Below, piece after piece: positions 12,101 to 24,190 of a stretch of DNA of 64,000 nt. A model generated the notes under the pieces. The model was not told where the DNA came from, searched no databases, and worked only from the letters and a program-made list of their open reading frames with translations. Location of the stretch: contig OZ210885.1 in assembly GCA_964658305.1 (NCBI GenBank), positions 18,290,001-18,354,000 on the forward strand. The letters run 5' to 3'. This DNA comes from Leptogorgia sarmentosa. Lineage: Eukaryota. Each line of letters opens with the position of its first letter. The stretch's first letter is position 1. Made by a program: the position numbers and the translations under genes.

Positions 12101-15100
12101 CACCATGCCACCAAAAGGCAGGCCAGCTCACATTCGAAGAACAGATGTTCTAGAGTTTCTTCATCTGCTCGACAGAAACAGCGCGTATCGATGTTCGGCA
12201 TGTTAAAGCGGGTTCCCAAGCGAGAGCCCGTGTAGAGAATGCCGTGCGCTATTTGCCAGTTCAGGTCGATCACAAGCCGGTCAAATGGACATAGATGAAG
12301 CTGACTCCAAGTTTGGGGCCAGTGTAGAGGTCCATACTGCGGCGTGAACTTGGCTATACAATGTGGCTGGCGATTTAAATTGTTTTGACTTATTTGGTAC
12401 ACATTTCTACTTCATATGTTATCCACCAGGAGTGGAGAGGCAGATCAGGCAGCAATGCACAAGTCATTGCCGGTAAGACCACCGTCGAGAGATTGCCACA
12501 CCCGAAAGATAATACGATAGAACTCGGGCAAGGCTCTCAAACGACATTGGGAAAAAGAAGTTAAAAGGGCCTCACGAGGCTCGCAACCAAGTGAGACAGA
12601 AACAAAATGGGTAAAAAAGTCTTTCCATTTGCCACGATCTTCAGTGAACAAACGTTTCACCGATTGAAGCGCAAAAGCGCCTGCCTTCATTTGGAAATCG
12701 ATAACTCCAAATCCACCCTTGGATTTGGGAAGGCAGACTACTTTGCGGGCAACAAGATCCCGCTTGCCAGACCAGAAGAACTTCCAAACGGCCTTGTGAA
12801 TTCTCTGAACCGCCCACTTCGGAACAGGGAAGATGTGACACATATGCCATATCTGGGACAAGGCCAAGCTGTTGATGATGGTGGTGTTGCCCTGAAAGGA
12901 CAGTTTGCGCCCTGACCAGTCCGACAAACGCTTCTCCAACTTGGAAACGGCTGGCTCGAAGGTGGGCTGACTATAGTCAGCGGCACTGAAAGTAGCACCA
13001 AGTAATGGGAGTTCTTTAACCCACTGGATACCATGAGGGGTATCGGTATGGTGCTTCCAGAAGCCCAGCCACATGCCCTTGGATTTGCCACGATTCAAAC
13101 GAGCGCCCGAGGCTTTCTCAAACTGAGAATACACCTCGAAGGTGGCCTCGATCGATTCATCCGTATTAGGCGCAATCATCTTATCGTCGGCATACCCAGA
13201 ACATTTAAACTGTTCCAGCGATTGAGGGAGAAAAACCCCAGTAATACCTGGGGCAGAGCGGATGTTAGCTGCTAACACCTCAATCGATAGAACGTATAAT
13301 AGAGGAGAAAGCGGACAACCTTGCCGCACACCCCGTGAAGGGCGAAAAAAGGAGGAGGTCCAGCCATTGATGACTACGGCCGATTCTACGTCAGAGTAAA
13401 ACAACTTTACCCATCGGCAGAAATCCGGACCAAAATTCATGGTGTCCAGAGTCCGTAAGAGAAAACCCCAATCGACCCGATCAAATGCTTTTTCTTGATC
13501 CAAAGAGAGCAGAGCGAGGGGAATGTCCTCGTGCTCTGCATACTCAATTAGATCACGGATCAGAAAGAGGTTCTCTGAGATGGTACGGCCTGGAACACTG
13601 CATGTTTGATCTGGCCCCACAACAGAGCCGATGACGGCTAGGAGACGACCCGAAATAGCGCGAGTAGCTATTTTATAGTCTGCATTGAGCAGACTAATTG
13701 GCCACCAGTTTTTTTGCTTTGTCTCCAAGCAGTCATTCTTTTTATATAGTACAATGATCAGACCTCGACGCTGAGAGGTGGAAAGCTGGCCGGCCTCGTA
13801 AGCAACGTTGAGGAGGCGAACCAGATCAGCGCCAAGGCATGACCAAAACTTGAGGAAAAACTCCATGGGAAAGCCATCGGAACCCGGAGTCTTTCCCCTA
13901 GCCATACTCGACAGGGCAGTAAAACACTCCTCTATAGACAGAAGACCTTCACAACACGCACGTTCCTCCTTACTAAGGCAGCGAGACAGCTTTGACAGCA
14001 TCTCATCCTGAGCAGATGTATTGCAGGGTGCCGCAGTAAAGAGTCCGGTGTAATACCGCCTCCAGACGTCCAAAATCTCAAAAGGGTCGTGGCGCACGGA
14101 ACCGGTGTTGGGGTCTCGAATGGAGTGCATCTCTTGCTTTGCATGTCGCTTAGTGGCTAAATTGAGAAAAAAGGAGGAGGAAGTTTCTCCCTCCTCAGCC
14201 CACTGACAATGAGCACGAACTTGTGCCCCTCTAGCTTCATGCAAAGCAATGCCTCGGAGCTCTTCCTGTACCTCGCAAAGCTTAGCGAATGCATAGGTAT
14301 CCCCTGCTTCAAAAAGACGTTGCAGTCTGTGCATTTGCTTGGTCAGGAAGGATTTATGTTCATGCCGGTCCAGCTCCTTTGACCGACTAAAAGTGTGTGT
14401 CACTTCTCTAAGGTAGAACTTCCCTTGGTCCCACCAATCCAAAATGGAGGGAAAGGCCTCAGGTGTATAATGGCCTGCCAGAAGGACCAAAAAGAAGTGA
14501 CAAGCGAGCAATAATTCTCGTCGTCCAGGAGGGAAGTATTAAACTTCCACACTCCAGGACCACTAACGATGCGATCACCAAAATCGAACTTGACCAGCAA
14601 GTACTGATGATCGGATAAAAAGGAGGGATGATATTCACATTCCCTAATAGACTGTTCCAGACAAGTCGGGGCCCAGACCATATCGATGCGCGAGCCAAAG
14701 GTTCCGGACCCATGGGTCCAGGAATAAGCCGTCTGCGTGGGATGTAACGTACGCCACACCGGATATGTCTGGGTATGAGATAGTAGGGCCTGCAAGGCCG
14801 GGCCACTTTCCTGGGCGCGCGAAGAGGCCGCACCAGTGTAAGAAGCACGCCGAAGCCTATCGCGATCATCATCTAGAACAGAATTAAAATCACCACAAAC
14901 AAATGTGGGCCTGGTGAGGTCGATTAAACCAGGAATGGAGTAGAAAAAAGCGTTTCGAGCCGGATTCTTATTTGGGGCATATAATGAGACGAAACTTAGC
15001 TGATCTTCCCCAAAATCAACCAAGACTTGGACAAACCGTCCATCATTGTCTCGGATCACCTGTTTGACCTTGTGGCAATCTTTAATAAGAATAGCCGTCC

Positions 15101-15302
15101 CACAACGCTTATTTGAGACTGACGACGAGACAACTCGAAAGCCAGAGTTAGCAAACCACTTCCTAATGGATTCGTGCGAAGGAGCATGCGTTTCTTGCAA
15201 ACATGCAACATCCACCTTCATACATTTTAACTAATCCACCAGGGCGGTTCGTTTAACACAATCCTTAAGACCATTAATATTAATGGACAACAGACTCGCC
15301 AT
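12100..15302 (-). pseudogene. Tx1 ORF2 (AP endonuclease, RT, zf-RVT), disrupted
   Basis: Motifs SININGL, CLQETH, GDFN, SDH, WKFN, LDQEKAFDRV, GVRQGCPLSP, YADD, CFC...ETLEHLFFEC. Contains stops and frameshifts. Confidence 0.92.
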
Positions 15303-17024
15303 CAGAATCTGATGTCCCTGTGGGCAGCTCACCTAGGAGCTCCTCGAGTTGATCAGGACAAAGCTGATCACTGAAGGTCGTGCATGTGGACGATGCACCA
15401 ACCTCACTGACACCATCGCGAAGACGAGACAGTGAGTCTTCATGGATGGCGGCCAGTACCTCGAAGAGATCGAGGGATGACTCAGACTGCTATGACGAGG
15501 CATCCACTGCAGGAGGTCCTGCGAAGCTGCGTTGTCATCGTCCACATCAGCCTGAGGAGGCACGGGAGCATCATCCATACGCTCCGGGGATCCGACTGGC
15601 TCAGTAGAGTCAAGAGCAGGCGCAGATTCTTGAGCGATGACCGGATCAACTACCGTATCACCACTCAAACATTTGTCCACGTCAGCCTCGGCCTCCATGC
15701 CCTCAGGAGTGGCAGTTAGATTAAGAGGGCTCGGACACCCTGGCCACACGCTAACGTTGGTCGGAGTCGAAGGAGCAGGAGCAGACTGGCATACCCTCTT
15801 GGACACTATACCCTCTTCATCCTCACTACTCGAGGAGGAAGAAGAAAAAGGATTATGCCTGGGTGACTTGCCAAGGCGACGCTGAGAAAGCGACAGCGCA
15901 AAATCAAAGGATTTGCCCTTCAGATGTTCCGCTGTCGGAGGCGTCAAAGCAGTCTGCTCAGACTGACCTGTGGGCTTAGGAGCCTTCTTCCTCAACTTCT
16001 CCCGAAGGTCTCTAGGGCGAGAAGAAGAGTTCGATGTAGAAGGGCCGGACGAGGCCGGCAAGAAGGTGCTCTCTTTACCCGAAACTAATAGGGGATTAAC
16101 CCCCTTAGCCTGAGGAGCATTAGCCTCAGGCACTACAGCCTGAACAGATGACAGTTCTGGCTTGCTGGTCTTCTTTGCTAACTTCTCACGAAGGTCGCCC
16201 TTGCGAGATGAAGAAGAAGAGGAGGGTTTGTTTTGATCTTTAGCCGAACCCTCTGTAGGCTTGGATTTGCTGGTAGCTTTGGGCACTACCGAGTTAGTAG
16301 CCTTCGGAGTTATCTTCTCGCGAAGGTCTCCAGTGCGAGGGGCAGAGGACGATTTAGGAAGGTCGGACGAAGCCGGCAGGTTGTGACAATCCTCAGCCTC
16401 TGTAGGCTTTGGTTTACCAGCACTATTTGGATTTTGATTATGGCCATGATGCTTCGATGACTTTGGGCAGTGCTTTGCTGCGTGCCCCCCTCTTGGCACG
16501 CAAAGCAAGTACGAGGCTGTCCGCGGTGACGAAACGACAGCTGAAATCCACACACGCGAATTTCAGCTGGAAATGGCCTTTGAGATCACTATTTGCACCA
16601 TACGTGTGCCAGACTTAACAGACGGGAAGCCCTTGATGGATAAGTGCTTCACCGCGATCACATGACCGTATGGTGCCAAGGCGTTGTAAATGTGTTGATC
16701 TGGCATCTGAGGAGGCGCACAATCCACAAAAACGGATTTGACCTCTTCATAGGCCGGAAAGGGCATGATGGTGAGGCCCCGAAAGTTAAGGCCGTTGATG
16801 TCAAACTGACTTCGAACGGAGGGAGAAGAAAAGCACACACGAAATTTCATGCCAGGCAAAGCCTGAACACAAGTCACACACTTCTCCCCAATGGCCTTAA
16901 CTAGTTCTGCCCGCAACTGGGGGACTTTGGATTTGCCAACCAGTTTCTTTGGCAAGAGAAACACAGACGTGGTCTGGTTCCATTTCGCAAAGTCCTCCTG
17001 ACTAAATACAGTTGGGACAGACAT
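15302..17024 (-). pseudogene. Tx1 ORF1 (gag-like, zinc knuckle, Ser/Lys-rich tail), frameshifted
   Basis: ORF 16563-17024 (ALAPYGHV...SGTRMV) continues into HRGQPRTCFAC...H...C, then a low-complexity tail. Confidence 0.8.
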
Positions 17025-17670
17025 ACTATGATAAATTACTATTAAATATTTAACTAAAACAAATTGATCCTAATACCACTGCCAAAACAGGTAAAACCCG
17101 AGTGGCAAAGAAAATTGAGTCTTAAAAAGTAATACAAATTAAGACCCACACACACACTAAGGATAAAAAAAAACTAAGTGGAAAGAAAGGTCCTTTTTAA
17201 AGAAGAAGAGCCAGGGAACGGATATGTTGGTCCACCGACCTCAATCCGCAACACCGAATGCAAAAAAAGAACCTAAAAGACCACCGACCTTTGAGTTGTC
17301 TCCAAACAGACTCCTCGACAGGTCACACATAAGAAGAGCTATTACCCACTACCTAATAAAAACAATAAAAAAACACTGTAATGGGCGGCCCTATGCTGTG
17401 TCGTGTGCTAACCGCGCAACAAACAGCAGGAAAGACTACTAATCGAGTTCCGAAGAACAAGAAAAGCAGTCCAAAAGAGAAAGAATGGACTAACTGCTAC
17501 CTTGACACCTAGTAGGCCGGCCAGAGAGCGGGAAGACAGAACAAAGAAGAAGGCGTGTCTGCAAAAAGAACTGCAGCTAGTTGTAAACCTTGCGAGCAGA
17601 GTTACAGGTCCGTGTTCCTGAGCATAGATCCTCTACTGCAAGGGTGAAGAACCTGACACGACAAAGACCG

Positions 17671-17687
17671 TCGCGTCAGGTAAGTAT
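17671..17687 (-). ncRNA. U1: U1 snRNA 5' fragment (nt 1-17)
   Basis: ATACTTACCTGACGCGA. The upstream flank is near-identical to that of the full U1 at 53938. Confidence 0.9.
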
Positions 17688-17915
17688 GACTTCATGGCGC
17701 ATACGATTACCTTTTATACGCTGCAACCGCGAGGAATGCTTGTGGACCGAATGCATGGGGATGAGTTTGTCTGTCGATAGATGGATCGATCGATCTCTCG
17801 GACTGCATCGTGTTTGCACGTTCCGACAATTCTCGACCCGCATATTCAATACTAATTAACAAAAAAATCAAAGTATGTAAATCTCATGAACAGCGATGCT
17901 GCTTAAGCTTTGTTG

Positions 17916-17990
17916 GCCAACGAGCAGCTACCCAAGACTATTATAACATGAATGTGTCAGGCTGCTTACCATAATTCGTTCGTCGTCGGT
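17916..17990 (-). ncRNA. Candidate unannotated small RNA in the U2-U1 spacer
   Basis: TATATAA at -31 (18021). Terminal stem CCGACGA/TCGTTGG plus GCAGC/GCTGC stem. Conserved in the second copy near 54209. Inference only. Confidence 0.3.
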
Positions 17991-18116
17991 CATCCGCACT
18001 GAATAATGATGTCATTATATACGTGTCTCTTGCCAAATGCCGGTTCGCGGCGAGGATCTATCTGTAAAGTGAAGAATAATTTGAGTAATCTTCCCCCAAT
18101 AATGAAATTGGGGGAA

Positions 18117-18283
18117 GTGGGCCGTACTCGGAGGTAGTGCAATACCGAGACAACCCGTGGCCAGGGCGAAGCAAGCTTCAATCCCATGGCCAAGGTCCAA
18201 AAATCAGTTTAATATATGAGTTAGGACATTGCCTAACATATCAGATATTAAGCTGATAAGAACAGATACTACACTTGATCTTA
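18117..18283 (-). ncRNA. U2: U2 snRNA 3' part (nt 22 to end), interrupted by Tx1
   Basis: TAAGATCAAGTGTAGTATCTGTTCTTATCAGCTTAATATCTGA, Sm site GATTTTTGG, loop IV TATTGCACTACC. Confidence 0.95.
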
Positions 18284-21200
18284 TTTTGAGTTGAACGACA
18301 ACGGGCTTGTCGACTCCGACGGTGCAATGGAGCCTGGACCCAAACAAGTCGCCGCACCCAGGGGGGTCACTACGGGTGACGCGGATCGACAAGGGTCGTG
18401 AGCCCCTCCCCCGTGCCATGGTGCAACCGTGAGTGGCCCGAACGATCCGGTGCTAACCACCTTCACGCCCAGGGATCCCTAACCTAATGGTGGTGAAATG
18501 GTCAGATGATGATGTTAAGCTAGACGATTACAACATGAGGAGCAACCCCTAGATCAACACCTGTGCAACCCGCTCGGAACAAGTCCAAGCGAACCACAGG
18601 GCAAAAATTGAAACAAACAAACAACCCAATCCGATACAGGCAGTACAACCAATAAAGGCGACCGCCAGATCTTCATGGGAGGATGATACAAACCAACATT
18701 AAACGTAAAAGCCCCTAGACCACTACATTAAACACAAGGAACAAAAAAAGGAGAGGAAGGAAAGAGAGAAGAAGGAATCAGGTAATGAAGTCACGCGTGA
18801 AGCGGATCCAATCCTGTTCAGTAAGGGACCCAATTACTCCGTCGGCCAGCCACTCATGGACAAACCGATCCCGAGGGCAATGTCGTTTGTGCATTCGCAC
18901 AAGATAGCGGAAGGTGGTCTTGGCTTTCTTCAGGGAGGTGGTGACATCTGGAGCAACGTGATCAAAACGTTGGGCGTTGCGGTTTAGCAAAATGTTGTGG
19001 CGAAGCACACCCAACAGGGCGGAAAAAACGACGGGTACGTGGCTAGTGGGAGGGAAGCCAAATAGAGTGGTAGCAACTGGTAGTGAGGGCGCATCCGGCC
19101 GGAAAAATTGACTGGAACCAGTCGATGATAGAAACGGCAAATGGGCAAGAGGTGAACAGATGTAGCAAATTCTCTTGCTCTCCACAAAAACACAGTGGAT
19201 CCACCCTCATCCCAAACCGAACCAAACGGTCAGCCGTGGGTAGGATGCCGTGGAAGGACAGCCAAGCAGTGTCTTGGACTGACCTTGCGAAATGCCACAG
19301 ATGAAGAGAGGCCCACGCAGCTGGCCATGCGACATTAATGCCCCAATCGCGGTATTTAGCGTCGGAGCGATGCTCAACGGTGGAGGAACGCCGGAGCAGG
19401 GAATACCCTGTACGAGCAGTCAGTTCGGAGAGAGGAAGTAGTTGCCCAGAAGGACGAGGAATTACCCATTCACTTTGCTCACTCCTACCCTTCAGGAGGA
19501 CCCATGCGGTGAACACACCCCGATAACAGGGGGGGAGTTTTTTGATTAGGTACCCAGGCAGAGGATCTCGAGCGAGTACTTGCGGTACTGACTGACCAAA
19601 CGTGTCAACAACAAGGTGAGCAAAAAGTAACGACCACGGGTGGCTTTGATGAAGAAAAAAGCGACCAAGCCATACCGCACGAAGGGACAAAAGTTTATTA
19701 TTGATATCGACGACATTCAGGCCCTCGTCACTAATGGGTTGGACGACCGATGTACGAGCCATCCACTCTCGCTTTTTTCCCCAAACAAAAGGAAAGATGA
19801 TCTTATTCACTTTCGCTACAACTACTTTTGGCATGTCGAAGGCCGTTGCCTGGTACCAGAAGAGTGACAGACCGAGTGAGTTAACAATTAGTGCTCTCCC
19901 CCGAAACGACAGTTGGCGCTGTTTCCAGACACCCAACTGCCGCTCCAACTTTTCAACTAAGGCGTTCCAGTCAGCTCCTTCTTCGTTCGCTATGCGACAG
20001 CCTAAAACCGTAATGGCGTCGCTAGACCAATTCAGATGTATCGGTAGATCGGTCCGGCCCTTCCAGGACCCGAAAAGGAGACCATGGCTTTTATGGATGT
20101 TAAGCTTCGCACCGGAAGCCAGCTCGTACCTTCGAAAAGAGAAAATAGCGACCGCAGGGCCTGCTCCGAATGCACAATGATGGTGGTGTCATCTGCGTAT
20201 TGAAAGATTTTAACCGTCTCCCCATTTGGCAACTGGAAGCCGTCGACACACAGATCCTTTTTGATGGCACACGAGATGGTTTCTGCTACAATTATGTATA
20301 GTAAAGGAGAGAGAGGACAGCCCTGACGGACTCCCCGAGAGACACTAAAAGCGCCACTGGTAAACCCATTTACTAGAACACGGGAAAAGATGTTGGTATA
20401 TAAGAGCTTGACCCACCCACGAAAGGACGGACCAAAGTTCATTTGCTCTAAAACCCGCAGCATAAAACCCCAATTAACTCAGTCAGAAGCTTTTTCTTGA
20501 TCAAGTGATATGATGGCACCCCCAAGATCGTTGGTATTACAATGATTCACTACGTCCTGTAATGCTCTAACATTCAGGCCAGAAAAACGTCCAGGAACAC
20601 CGCAGGCTTGTGATTCGAAAATGACCGAGGACAAAACTGTTTTAAGGCGGTTGGTGAGTACCTTGGACAAGATTTTGTAGTCGGTACATAAGAGAGAAAT
20701 TGATCGCCAGTTTTTAACATCTAGTCGATGATTTTTCTTGAATAGGAGGGAGATTAAGCCAGTACGTTGTGAAAAAAAAAGAGCACCTCATGCCAGGCAG
20801 TCGTTAAAAACGGCTACGAGATCCGGACCTAAAATGTCCCAAAAGGACTGATAGAGTTCATAGGGCAACCCGTCCAGGCCTGGGGATTTGTTATGTTTGA
20901 AGGAATTCAAAGCACGCAGGCATTCCTGCAGTGTGACCTCGCCTTCACAAAGCTGGGCTTCCTCTGCAGACAAAGAGTGTTCTAGACTGTTGATGAAAAA
21001 AGACTGATCCGGGGGTGATAAAATGGATGCTGAAAAAAGTTGAACATAAAAGATGCACCAAACACGCAAAATGGCGGATATGGATCGTACTATAGCTCCC
21101 TGAGCGTTTCGGATACCAGTGAATAAGCGTCGCGATGCTCGCACCTTCTCTTGGTGAAAGAAAAAAGCAGAGGAAGTTTCACCTTCCTCGGCCCACTGTT

Positions 21201-21839
21201 CCCTGCCCCGAATGTGTGCACCTTCTGCTGCATAATGATGTTCGAGCTCTAACTTATCCTGTGCCTCCTTTATTAGATGTGCCACATCCTCGCCATTGGC
21301 AACCCGTTGGTGAAGATGTTCGAGGGTGGACTGCAAGTCAGTCATGTTCGATCTCCTTGATCGAGCCTTGCCTCGAGAAAAGCGACGGATTATTTCTTTC
21401 AAGCGGGCCTTGCCCGCATCCCACCAGATGGCCAGAGACGGAAAAGTGTTTCTCGGACTGCCACGAGACCCAGAAGTTACGGATCTCCGTGCACAGTGTC
21501 TCATTGCGCAGCAAAGATGTGTTAAGCTTCCATACACCAGGACCACGTGCCGGTAGTGTTGGAAAGGCCACGCGGAGGAAGGCATAAGAGTGGTCTGAGC
21601 GAAAAAAGGGAAAAATGGAGACCTCAGATATGTGCTCGTGTAATGAAGAGGAGATCCAGAACATGTCTAGTCGGGATGCCTGGGAGCCATTGGCCTGGTG
21701 CCATGTATAACTCCGCTTATCGGGATGAGTTAATCGCCACGAATCGACCAGATCGCACCGGTCGGTTAGAGAAGACAGGGAGGCAGGCCAATTGTAGGCC
21801 CATGGGGAGTCAGGGTTACAACCCAGACGGTCGACGTGG
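18284..21839 (-). mobile_element. Tx1-clade element with an intact 3' end at U2 nt 22; ORF2 frameshifted; 5' part cut by hAT
   Basis: ORF2 fragments at 18778-21839 (SDH, WKLN, LDQEKA, RQGCPLSP, YADD, CFCGEQENLLHLFTSC). The 3' UTR at 18284-18777 ends CAACTCAAAA|TAAGATC. Confidence 0.92.
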
Positions 21840-24190
21840 CAGGGTTTCCAATAGAAGCCGGCACACGGCGAATTTCGCCGCCTGTACCATAGTCAATCGC
21901 CGGTTGTTTTTTGAATTCATAAAACAAAATATTTCCTCTTTACCACATAAACGTCAAAGAATTTTTTGCTTTTAATACATAAATTTTAGTTGAAATTCTT
22001 GGTTAAACAAAGGAAATACGCTCTAGCACAACTAGCTCCACCAAAATGATATTCAAATTTAAAAAACATGATTGCGAACGATGTTGTAAACCGGTGTCCC
22101 TGTTTTGAACTATAGACTGAGGTCAGCGGTGATCTATCGCAAAAATAAATACTTCATATTACCTCGTATATTATTATACAGAAAATTTCAATTCTCAAAA
22201 CAAAAACATGAATAATTCATGAAGCGATTGCGAACAAACACGCTTTTGGATTATTTTACAACGACTCAATAGATTAATAATACAGGTAACCGTAAAATCA
22301 ATTGTATTTTTATTGTGTTATTGTCATAATAGTAGTTGTTTCATTTTCAATAAATAATGAAATGTATCCAAAGTATTACGGTCACAGTGTTTCACCAGAT
22401 TTGATTAAATTAAATATGAATGTTGATATATTGATTATTGACAATTGTATTTTCGTAGTAAAATTCAGTGAGGTTTAGTTTAATGATCTTACTAAGATCA
22501 TGAAGTGCTTTATTTTCTTGTTGAGTTTAATTTGTATTTTCTAGATGCTAATATCACTGCTAGTTCAATAAATGCTGCATCGGTTGCTGACACAGATACT
22601 CTTTTACTTCCTTTCTCCTCATTAGGTTCCACCTCTAGTACATCAAGTTCTGCCTGTGAATCAAGTTCTGCCTCTACATCGGGTTCTGTCTCTACATCAA
22701 ATTCAACTCCTGACTGTCCTCCCCCTCCCAGTTCAGTTCCTTTGATCTCTCCAGTTTTACAATCTTCTGGTTTAACAACACCAAGCCCTCATTCAGTACC
22801 CTCAACCACCTCTGCAAAGGAAGTCTTTGATTTTCAATCCGAGTTACAAGACTTATTTCCTTCTATTCTCGACACATTAGTACATCATTACAGCAAATGT
22901 TGCCAGTCAAACTGCTATAGTCTATCTAATTCAGAGATTGAAAGAATAAAAGCTAAAGGAAGTAAGGACAAATTTGCGCATAATTGGATCAACGATAAAT
23001 CTTTAGCTTGGTGTACTAAATCAAATCTAGCATGGCTTATTTATGTAGGAGAGCGAGGGATGTTCTGCTTTTTGTGTATGAAGTATGGGACTTGTAATCG
23101 ACAAAACAAATCATCTACTTTTAATGAAACACCTAGTGTTCGTTTCAAGAAGTCAACTATACGTGAGCATGCAAATTCACAGCAGCACAAAGATGCTATT
23201 GAGGCAAGATTTCAGAGTGGAAGATCAGTTTTTCATAAACAGCTCCTTCAAAAGGACAAAAGCAATGAAGAAGTTCTCTTTAAAGTATTTTCCTCAGCTT
23301 ATTAGATGGCAAAGGAAGAGATAAGCAACAGAAAGTTTTCTTCCTTGGCAACGTTTTTGAAACAGCTGAAGCTCCCAAACATGGAATATTTTACTTACAC
23401 AGGGAACGAAACTGTGAGAGATATTTTTATAGTTCTTGGAAATGCTGTTGAAAAAAGGGTGTTAAGTCAGCTATGCAACGCAGGCACGTATGGTTTACTC
23501 AGTGATGAAGTCACTGACATAGCGGTTATGGAAATGTTGATTACATTTGTGCAGTTTTTTAATCAAGAAACTGACAAAGTCCAAACAAATTTTCTGTCTG
23601 TCAACAACATCTTGGCTCAATCGGACAGCGCTAATGCAGAGACAATCTACAAGATTCTAGTTGATATGTTGACGTCTCTTAACATTCCAACAGAAAAGCT
23701 AAGTTCTTTTGCCTCTGATGGGTGTTCAGTCATGACTGGTAAGAAGAGTGGTGTAGCACAACGTTTAAAAGTTGGTTTAAACAAATCCATTCTCTCATTC
23801 CATTGCATTTGTCACAGACTAGCTCTGGCATGTACAGACGCAAATGTAGAAGTCAAGTACATTGCAGACATGGAATTATGGTTAAGGCAATTATGGAAAC
23901 TATTTGAGAACTCTCCAAAACGGACTGCTGCTCTATTTGAAGTCCAGGTCAATCTTAGCAAGCTTCCAAGTGTGTCAAAAAAAGCACGAACAGTTGTAAC
24001 AAGAAAACTGAAGAAGGCATGTAAAACACGATGGCTGTCATTTGATGCTGCTGTAGATGCAATGTTCAGTGAATATGTTGCTGTTTTGCAGACATTGAAC
24101 AACCTTGCAAATGATCCTGTTGCATACGGACTGCTTCAGAAAGTTAAGACCGTAAAGTTCCTTGGTGCTATCTACATTCAAAGTATGTAA
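21840..24190 (+). mobile_element. hAT DNA transposon (ZNF862-like transposase), right part deleted
   Basis: Begins CAGGGTTTCC exactly where Tx1 homology stops. Transposase motifs follow. Confidence 0.85.
22545..24190 (+). pseudogene. hAT transposase with an in-frame TAG at 23303-23305, C-terminally truncated
   Basis: TTF-like zinc finger (MFCFLC...EHANSQQH), then SDEVTD, ASDGCSVM.G, HCICHRLALA, KTRWLS. Confidence 0.88.

Larger units (their letters stand above)
12100..17670 (-). mobile_element. Tx1-clade (L1 group) non-LTR retrotransposon inserted in U1 snRNA; 3' end lost
   Basis: ORF1 and an APE-RT-zf ORF2. The 5' end is directly preceded by U1 nt 1-17. Confidence 0.9.

Noticed and set aside
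17990..18466. Short ORFs over U2 (also 54234-54718)
   Set aside because: They are spurious frames across snRNA and UTR sequence.
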